Assembly (NCBI GenBank): GCA_965198225.1
Contig: CBDAOY010000009.1
Coordinates: 1,024,001 to 1,088,000 of the forward strand
Length of the DNA stretch: 64,000 nt
Reading direction: 5' to 3'
Source: Terriglobia bacterium
GTDB lineage: Bacteria > Acidobacteriota > Terriglobia > 20CM-2-55-15
Shown here: piece by piece, positions 47,801 through 54,381 of the stretch
How the letters are laid out: the number at the start of each line of letters is the position of its first letter
Numbering within the stretch: the first letter of the stretch is position 1
Program-made: the position numbers and the translations under genes
The notes under the pieces: generated by a model
Seen by the model: only the letters and a program-made list of their open reading frames with translations
Database searches by the model: none
What the model was told of the DNA's origin: nothing

Positions 47801-48061
47801 TAGAAGGTTGTAGATACCGATCCCGGCTTCGAGAGCCGCATACGTTTTCACCAGCGGAACGGGCCGTGTGTCGATCAACCGGCCGAACAGGCGGCTCCCC
47901 AGGGCGAGGCCCGCCATGAAGACGGCCAGCACGACGCTGACGGAAAAGACGGTGTTACCGATGATGGGTGTGAATAGACGAACCCAGACGATCTGGTAGA
48001 TCAGGCCGCAGGCGCCGGAAACGAAGAATAGGAGCAAGAAAATGGAGGACCGCCGGTTCAC
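44849..48061 (-). CDS. Fused membrane/spermidine-synthase-like protein with C-terminal TPR array
   Basis: SGACGLIYQIVW, LMGGTLP; NIGFGSGVT, IEIS, GDGR, ISEPSNPW; multiple TPRs. Confidence 0.88.
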   Translation of the reverse strand: MNRRSSIFLLLFFVSGACGLIYQIVWVRLFTPIIGNTVFSVSVVLAVFMAGLALGSRLFGRLIDTRPVPLVKTYAALEAGIGIYNLLLPLMLGLADPVFGALYGSAYDSFALLSLGRLLVSFTLLIVPATLMGGTLPILIRYYTENIETIGLHAGRVYTANTWGAALGTVAAGFLLIPTFGVWAALAFAAVLNLLIAGVSWRLARTADAPSTTGEDPGPALAGPRIVLFAMLLSGLAALANEVAWTRVLSLIVGPTTYAFTLMLAAMIAGLGLGAWLGSKWTARGETTVGGFGWIEIGVGFSSLALVPLFGELPVWIGGLVTRYVESFRAIQAAEFLLFFAIMLVPTTLLGMTFPIASKLYARSDSLLGTEVSAVYAFNTAGGILGSLAAGFLLVPAIGTQYTLVLAAALSVLVGVALTLSAEKPVIPRTALAGPVAVLALIPAIWLVPRWDPELMASGAYKYAPYYASNLDLESVLKSGDLLYFREGTTTTVSVKRNGGSTTLAVDGKVDATDSGDMLTQKMLGHLPLLLSDQALTVANIGFGSGVTAGAALQHPIEKLDVIEISPEVIEASRFFEHVNHRALEDPRVEVIIGDGRNHLRYTTTVYDVSISEPSNPWMSGMASLFTREFFEEVRERLSEHGIHCQWVHSYNMSTEDLRTIVRSFRSAFPHASLWALNDSDFLLLGSPSPIEVSEAVVRANYERVRSDLEGVDVQDLYSILSMFMIADDDLDRFAGDAVMNTDDFPVLEFRAPQFIYANTTDENLQAVHAVEPRMPTPSFVERVKAAPTAANHRRKGEMLLFAGSYELAADQFQLALELDPKDEEAWSGLIQTGRGRTRDRVTTFVEEMVDDYPEPEVLSAAAEHYMRGQEHRRAVELLERVLENDPGNVEVLVQLSDVLASEGSLELAGVLDRLLALEPEDARGLFHLATMRQYQGLYDEAIEIIGRSIEIDPGNMRARNLLAVLYSLTLQHDRAAAEFRDVIDADPSDAISLNNYGLFLVERGRHEEALDQFERAIDIDPENVQGFLGVAEALRQSGNPDEAEEWYRKVLTLSPGHPIASMYSPGEPN

Positions 48062-48070
48062 GGTACAAGT

Positions 48071-48347
48071 CTAGCAGCCCGTGGCAGAACTCTGCAGGGC
48101 CGCGTTACGGCCAAACGGGGCCGGATTCTAGGAGGCGAGGACGAACCAATGCTCATTCACTGGGAGGAGTCGGCGACAACGAAGACGGCCCCGTTTCGCC
48201 GTAACCCGAAGGGCGCAGGGGGGTTCGGGCCGCAGGCTTTGTCACTTGTCGGTCACGATGAATGATCATCGCTCCGCTCCTCGCTTCGCGCCCGCAACCC
48301 GAAGACCCCTGCGCGCGACCCTGCAGAGTTCTGCCACGGGCTGCTAG
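48071..48347. mobile_element. MITE (277 bp) with CTAG-flanked ~29-bp TIRs and a structured core
   Basis: ctagcagcccgtggcagaactctgcaggg and ccctgcagagttctgccacgggctgctag are perfect inverted repeats. Confidence 0.85.
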
Positions 48348-48414
48348 CGCGGACAGAGGCGCCGATCGGATTCGAAAGCTCCGAATACTTACTAAGAAAT
48401 TCGGGGTGGAGGGA

Positions 48415-48540
48415 CATTGCAGGTTGCAGATTGGAAATTGCTTTATTTCAGATCTACAGGATCAGGCCTTCAGTGGGTCATCGCCATCCGTCAGTCGGAG
48501 CTCCGATCAATAACAAATAGAGCAATCTCCAATCTCCAAA
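48415..48540. repeat. Inverted heptamer-repeat element
   Basis: attgcaggttgcagattggaaattgc ... gcaatctccaatctccaa. Confidence 0.5.
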
Positions 48541-48834
48541 CCATGGCTCCAATGGATTGATCCTTTTGTTTTTCGGAAATCATCTGAACAGAGGAATCCG
48601 CGGACGTATTTGCGAAACGCGATCATCCGACTGCAGGCTTCCATTTCTTGTGAAAATTGGTTGCTGTCAAGGTTGGTTCCACGTAACATCCACGTAACAT
48701 AAAGACAGGTGCCTGGCACGTACAAGTCCGAATTAGGTGGGTAACAGCCACGTCCACAGGATTTCGGAACGTGGTTCCCGTGGAGTGGACGGTGGGGCAT
48801 CCGGCTTTCTCATCTGTGGATGGGTACTTTTTAA

Positions 48835-51729
48835 ATGGAGGCAAATGTGAACAAGAGCAGACTGAGCATGACGCTGGGGGTCCTGTTGCTCGTTTTCTTG
48901 GTGTCCGCTCCCGCTTTCTCGCAGGTCACGACGGGAGTAATCACCGGTCGAGCCCAGGATTCTTCCGGCGCCCTGATACCGGGCGTTGAGGTTACGGTCG
49001 CGAGCCCGGCGATGATCATCGGCGGCGGTTCGCGGCTGATCATCACCAACGAACAGGGCAGCTATCGCGTGACACAGCTTCCCGCGCCCGCTGTATACAC
49101 GGTTACATTTTCACTTCCCGGCTTCCGCACCCTCAACATCGAGGGTGTGAACGTGGCCGGCGGAGCGACGATGACGATCAACGGCACACTGGAAGTCGCG
49201 ACGGTCGCCGAAACGATAACGGTCGTCAGCGAGGCACCGACGATCGACCTGGAAGAAGCAACGACCGTGGTCAACTGGGGCCAGAAGCTGATGGACGAGC
49301 TGCCGTACGGCCGCAGCATCCGTGCCTTGAGCCGGCTGATTCCCGGCTTTAACCTCACCCACTTCGACGTGGGCGGGAACACGGCCGGCGGGTCGGCCAG
49401 CTTCGGTGCGGAGCTGTACGGTCGCCGGGGCGGCGACGAGATCAACTACGAAGGCATGAACTGGGGATCGACCTTCGGCGACTACGGAACGTACAGCGAG
49501 ATCCAGTTCGAGACCTCGGCCAAGGGCGCGGAAGCCCGAACGCCGGGAGTCAACGCCAACCACATCATCAAGTCGGGCAGCAACGAGCTGCACGGCAACA
49601 TCATGGCGGCCATTCAGGACGACAGCTTCCAGAGCGACAACATCAACCAGGGGCTGCTGGACCGCGGCCTGAGGCCATCGGACAACTCCTTCATCCGTTA
49701 CCACGACCTCAACGGCGATGTCGGCGGTCCGATCATCGAGGACAAGTTCTGGTTCTACTACGCGCACGGCAACATGTTCACGTCGACGAACGTTCCGGGC
49801 TTCGACTACCCGGACACGGGAGAGCTGCAGCCCTACACGACGCGGCTGGACTTCACGACGTCGAAGTGGACCTTCCAGTTGACGAACAACCAGAAACTGG
49901 AAGCGTCCCACCAGTTCAGCCGGAAGGACACGCCCTGGCGCGGCGCGGCCACCCAGTTGCACCCGTTGGCCAGCCAGCATCAGCTGTCGTGGTCCGGAAT
50001 CGGTCCGACCCTGAAGTGGACCTACATCATCAGCCCGACGATGACGCTCGATGCGGCGATTCAGCGTGGCGGGTACTGGTGGCCGTCGACCGCGCAGACG
50101 AACGACATCCGGCGGGTCGACCGGAACAGCGGCTGGACCGAAGGCCATTGGGGCACGGTCTACCGGCGGCCGATCCGGTGGCAGTGGCCGGTCAACTTCA
50201 GCTGGTTCACGAACGTGGGCCAGGTCAGCAACGAGATCAAGGTCGGCTACATGTCCTGGTGGGGAACTCGGACCAACCACGTCGAGGGTTACCCGAACCA
50301 GCAGATCTACCAGTACGAGTCTACGGACGCGGAAGCGGCCGCCGAGATCTACTTCAACAATCCGGACCGGGTGGAAATCTACGACTACCCGAACACGGAG
50401 CGGTACAACAACTACTACGACACCGTGTTCTTCAACGACAAGATCACGGTGAACCGTAATCTGACGATGAACCTGGGCCTGCGTTTCGAGCGGTACGGTT
50501 CGTCACTGCCCCGGCAGGGCAGAATTAACGTCGGACCCTTCTCGTCAGGTACCACGTTTGAATCCCGGGGGCGGGACGAGTTTCCGTCCTACACCTCCGT
50601 CGTGCCTCGCGTGTCGGTGATCTACGACATCACGGGTGAGGGAACACTGGCCCTGAAGTTCAGCTACGGCAAATACGCCAGCGAGAATCGCGACGCGCGG
50701 AGGGTCAACCCGAACGCACGGACCCGGTGGCGGTACGCGTGGGACGGCACGATTCCCTTCGTGCCGGACAACGGTCCGGACGGGATCTTCGGGAACTCGG
50801 ATGACCCCCAGCTGCAGTCGATCTCGGGCGGTGGTGGTCTTTCTTCGGTGCGGGACCTGGACCCGAACCTGGACAACCTGACCATGGACGAGTTCACGGC
50901 CGGCATCGAGATGGCGCTCGGCACGAACTACGTCCTACGGTTCAGTACGATCCGCAAGCAGGACAAGGGCGGGTTCAAGACCATCAACCGAGCGTTGCCC
51001 TTCTCCGCGTTCACGGTCCAGACGCTTGGCCTCGACATCGGCCGGGATAACGTCGCCGGCACTGGCGACGATCGGCAGATCGAGATCTGGTCCGTGCCGC
51101 GGTCCCACCCGGGGTTCGGTAAGGTCGACGAGATCTTCCAGAACTTCGACGACAATGAGGGCCGAGACGTGTACACGGCCTTCGACTTTGCGTTCAGCAG
51201 GAGGTACGCGGAGGGCTACACCTTCACCGTGAACCACACGAGCAGCTTTGCGAAGCGGCGGGATCCGGACCCACAAAACCCGAACCAGCTGCTTTACACC
51301 TTCGCGAACCAGTTCCCGGAGTGGGATCACGTCTTCAAGGTCAACGGCGTGTATGACCTGCCGTTCGGGATGCATTATTCGACGACGCTGAATATGCAGT
51401 CTGGCGCGTACTACAACCGGACGACGCGGATCCGGGACGCCCTGGGCCGGAATCAGACCGTCGAGGTCGAAGGCCAGGTCGGCCGCTACGACACGGTTCG
51501 GCTCTGGGATAACCGGATCTCAAAGACGTTCCAGCTCAACGACCGGCATTCGATCGAAGCGATGTTCGACCTGTACAACACACTGAACTCCGCAGCGGTG
51601 ATCCGGCACGAGAACCGCAACGGCCCCAACTACCTGCGGCCGTTGGCGACGAGTGGGATCGATGCGGCTGCGGCATCGCCGATCCTGTCTCCGCGCATCT
51701 TCCGTCTCGGAATGCGCTGGAGGTTCTAA
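48835..51729 (+). CDS. TonB-dependent receptor (carboxypeptidase-regulatory N-domain, Oar type)
   Basis: ITGRAQDSSGALIPGVEVT, KSGSNELHG, GGPIIEDKFWF; C-terminal RWRF. Confidence 0.9.
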   Translation: MEANVNKSRLSMTLGVLLLVFLVSAPAFSQVTTGVITGRAQDSSGALIPGVEVTVASPAMIIGGGSRLIITNEQGSYRVTQLPAPAVYTVTFSLPGFRTLNIEGVNVAGGATMTINGTLEVATVAETITVVSEAPTIDLEEATTVVNWGQKLMDELPYGRSIRALSRLIPGFNLTHFDVGGNTAGGSASFGAELYGRRGGDEINYEGMNWGSTFGDYGTYSEIQFETSAKGAEARTPGVNANHIIKSGSNELHGNIMAAIQDDSFQSDNINQGLLDRGLRPSDNSFIRYHDLNGDVGGPIIEDKFWFYYAHGNMFTSTNVPGFDYPDTGELQPYTTRLDFTTSKWTFQLTNNQKLEASHQFSRKDTPWRGAATQLHPLASQHQLSWSGIGPTLKWTYIISPTMTLDAAIQRGGYWWPSTAQTNDIRRVDRNSGWTEGHWGTVYRRPIRWQWPVNFSWFTNVGQVSNEIKVGYMSWWGTRTNHVEGYPNQQIYQYESTDAEAAAEIYFNNPDRVEIYDYPNTERYNNYYDTVFFNDKITVNRNLTMNLGLRFERYGSSLPRQGRINVGPFSSGTTFESRGRDEFPSYTSVVPRVSVIYDITGEGTLALKFSYGKYASENRDARRVNPNARTRWRYAWDGTIPFVPDNGPDGIFGNSDDPQLQSISGGGGLSSVRDLDPNLDNLTMDEFTAGIEMALGTNYVLRFSTIRKQDKGGFKTINRALPFSAFTVQTLGLDIGRDNVAGTGDDRQIEIWSVPRSHPGFGKVDEIFQNFDDNEGRDVYTAFDFAFSRRYAEGYTFTVNHTSSFAKRRDPDPQNPNQLLYTFANQFPEWDHVFKVNGVYDLPFGMHYSTTLNMQSGAYYNRTTRIRDALGRNQTVEVEGQVGRYDTVRLWDNRISKTFQLNDRHSIEAMFDLYNTLNSAAVIRHENRNGPNYLRPLATSGIDAAAASPILSPRIFRLGMRWRF

Positions 51730-51765
51730 GACAGCACTGAGCGGGTGGGAAACCCGCTTCCGGTA

Positions 51766-51796
51766 AAGGGCGGTCCCTTTGTGGGCCGCCCTTCTT
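51766..51796 (+). terminator. Intrinsic terminator candidate
   Basis: aagggcggtccc-tttgt-gggccgccctt followed by ctt. Confidence 0.65.
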
Positions 51797-51964
51797 ACAT
51801 CCCGCGAGAAAGTCTGTGTTGACGAGACACATCCGGCGGTAGACTAATTGACTCTCAACTCCCGCTAGGGAAGGAGCCCACAATCGGGCTCCTTATTCTT
51901 TTGGCCTGATGAATACGGCAAGACCAACGCCGCTCGATCATGGCCGCGCATTGGAGGATCAGGA

Positions 51965-52897
51965 ATGGACTCTATGACTGAGAAATTGTTTCGAGAGATG
52001 GAACAGTCCCGAATGATCGACCGGCGGCAGTTCGTGCAGGGCGGTCTGGCGCTCGCCGCCACGGCAGCCGCAGTTTCCTTGCCGACCGCCGCGGCGGCCG
52101 CTCAAGAAGGCCTCAAGACGACCTGGGTGAGCCATTACACCTACGTCGCCCCCGACATGAAAAAGACCCGGGATTGGTATCACGAGGTGTTCGGGATGCA
52201 GATGGGTTACGAGGATCGAAACGAGGCCCACCTGTGGTACGGCGATACCGGCGGTGACACGTTGATGATCGTCCGCCAGGCCCGCGCCGGCGAGGATGCG
52301 CCGGGCCTGGAACGCTTTGCCTTCATGGTGGACCCCTGGGACGGGAACACCGTCCAGGCCGCTTTCCGACGCATGGGGGTCGAGGCAAAGGCCGACACCG
52401 ACCACAAGGGTTTCTGGTTCAACGATCCAGACGGAAACGAGATCGGTGTCTTTGCCAAGGACTACGCCGAGAGACCGACGGCCTCCCCCGCCCGGCCCCA
52501 GGTGTGGCAGGCGCTGAGCGCCAACCACATCGTCGTGACCTCGAACGACTACCGCAAGCTCGGGGACTGGTATGGAGATCTGCTCAACCTGAGAGAGACC
52601 AGCGACGCAGGCCGGGATGTCTACCAGTGGTTCGGCGACTCGGTCTGGATCCCCACCGCGGTTCGCGAAGGCCGGCAGACCTCGGCAGTTCTCAAGTCGC
52701 TCGACCACGTTGCCTATACGATCGCGGACTACGTCTCGGCTGATGTTGAAGCCGAGTTGAAACGGCGCAGGATGATCGAGCCCGACGCGGACGTTACAGG
52801 AAGCCTCGGTATCAATTGCGTCGACGTCAACGGCTTCAAGACCCAGGTGTGTGATGCAAACCTGGTCCCGAATTCCGAGCGCCGGCGCAGCGGGTAG
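51965..52897 (+). CDS. Tat-exported VOC (glyoxalase/bleomycin-resistance/dioxygenase) family protein
   Basis: IDRRQFVQGG Tat motif; SHYTY...DWYHEVFGM, DPDGN, ANHIV, LDHVAY. Confidence 0.85.
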   Translation: MDSMTEKLFREMEQSRMIDRRQFVQGGLALAATAAAVSLPTAAAAAQEGLKTTWVSHYTYVAPDMKKTRDWYHEVFGMQMGYEDRNEAHLWYGDTGGDTLMIVRQARAGEDAPGLERFAFMVDPWDGNTVQAAFRRMGVEAKADTDHKGFWFNDPDGNEIGVFAKDYAERPTASPARPQVWQALSANHIVVTSNDYRKLGDWYGDLLNLRETSDAGRDVYQWFGDSVWIPTAVREGRQTSAVLKSLDHVAYTIADYVSADVEAELKRRRMIEPDADVTGSLGINCVDVNGFKTQVCDANLVPNSERRRSG

Positions 52898-52916
52898 GCC
52901 GAACTCTTCGAAGAGT

Positions 52917-52941
52917 GTGCGGTCATAGACCGCACCTACAC
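52917..52941 (-). repeat. Single REP
   Basis: gtgcggtcatagaccgcacctacac. Confidence 0.85.
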
Positions 52942-52989
52942 CTCTCACGGTCGCCGTTTGAACCGACGGTTGGGGGGCAAAGGGGGCCT

Positions 52990-53979
52990 GTGATTCGATT
53001 CGGCAGAATTTTCGTGTTCCTTCTTCTCGTGGGGCTGGCGGTGAGGCCGGCTGCCGCCCGTCCCGATTTCCTGAAGCTCTTCCAGGAGGACCCGTTTCGG
53101 AACCCGAGCGTCGACGGCTGCGCGACCTGTCATGTGAACCCGGAGGGCGGAGGGCCGCGAAACGAATTCGGGCAAGCGTTTGCGGCGAACGAGTTCGTCA
53201 TTACGCCGATGCTGCGGTCGAATTATCCGGACCGGTTTGATTTCGCTACGGTTCAGATACCCAACGGCGGCACGTTGCACTTCTCCGAACCGACGGCCCA
53301 GTTGGTCGTCTATGAGAAGGATGAGCAGAAGTACCTCGTCGACCTGGCAGCGATCGCCGAAGGGCGGCTGGTGGAAAGAGAGGAAGAGCCGGACCCGGGT
53401 CCGAGACACCCGGTCGGCAACTTCAGCTTCTTCATCAGCAGCGTGGGACCGGGCAACGGAGGCAACCTCGGTGCGCTCGCGGGAGCAGATCGGCATTGTC
53501 AGGAGTTGGCTTCCGCTGTGGATGCCGGTCACAAAACCTGGCGCGCCTATCTCAGTACCAGCTTTGACGGAGAGCCTGTCCTACATGCCGGCGACCGCAT
53601 AGGAAGCGGTCCCTGGTATAACGCGAAGGGAATAATGGTCGCCCGAGGTGTTGCCGACCTCCACGGGTCCCACAGCCGTCTCGCCAAGGAAACCGCACTC
53701 AACGAGAAAGGCGAGACGGTCAACGGTCGGGGTGACGACCCGAACCGCCACGACATTCTCACGGGTACGATGCCGGACGGCACCTCTGCCGTCGGGATGA
53801 ACTGCGACAACTGGACCAGCGGCAGCGAAGGTGCGGCCCTGCTCGGCCACTTCGACCGCGAGGGCGGCGGGGACAACCCGACTTCCTGGAACTCGGCTCA
53901 CCCCTCGCGAAGCTGCTCTCAGGAGGACCTGCGTGCGACGGGCGGGGACGGCCTTTTCTACTGTTTCGCGATCAACTGA
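52990..53979 (+). CDS. Secreted CxxCH (heme c) domain fused to a lectin-like domain
   Basis: Signal peptide; GCATCHVNPEGGGPRNEFG; C-terminal half paralogous to 26319-26960. Confidence 0.8.
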   Translation: MIRFGRIFVFLLLVGLAVRPAAARPDFLKLFQEDPFRNPSVDGCATCHVNPEGGGPRNEFGQAFAANEFVITPMLRSNYPDRFDFATVQIPNGGTLHFSEPTAQLVVYEKDEQKYLVDLAAIAEGRLVEREEEPDPGPRHPVGNFSFFISSVGPGNGGNLGALAGADRHCQELASAVDAGHKTWRAYLSTSFDGEPVLHAGDRIGSGPWYNAKGIMVARGVADLHGSHSRLAKETALNEKGETVNGRGDDPNRHDILTGTMPDGTSAVGMNCDNWTSGSEGAALLGHFDREGGGDNPTSWNSAHPSRSCSQEDLRATGGDGLFYCFAIN

Positions 53980-54381
53980 ATTCCTTCCTGCTCAGAACTC
54001 GTGAACGGAGCGCGGACCAGGCTCCGTGTAAACCCGTCAGCTCCAGGGATTCGCCCGAATCGTTGTATATCAATAGTGATGCTGTTTATCTGCTCCTTAG
54101 ACGTAGTCCAATATATGTCTGAGGGGTAGTTACCCTGCCCCGACCGCTCTGTTAGCATACCCTCGGTTTATTGTAGCCACGCTAGGAGCAGGCCCAGCTC
54201 CAGGCCGCTGGACCGAACCCAGTGGAAGTCCCCGTAGCGCACGCCTGAGTAGAGTCCCAGATCGCCAGCGCGAACAAACCGTTCCTGAGATGGAACCCGC
54301 CTCGAAATACGACGTTCGGGCAAAGCAATGTAGGCTCGTATGATACGGAAGAGGCATCAGATCGAGCCATGTGGAGGGTCT

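Noticed and set aside
48713-48730. Sigma54 promoter at TGGCAC
   Set aside because: No TTGC/TGC -12 element at the required spacing
54315-54370. c-di-GMP-I riboswitch suggested by GGGCAAAGC
   Set aside because: The GNRA tetraloop/receptor and paired P1/P2 consensus are not found
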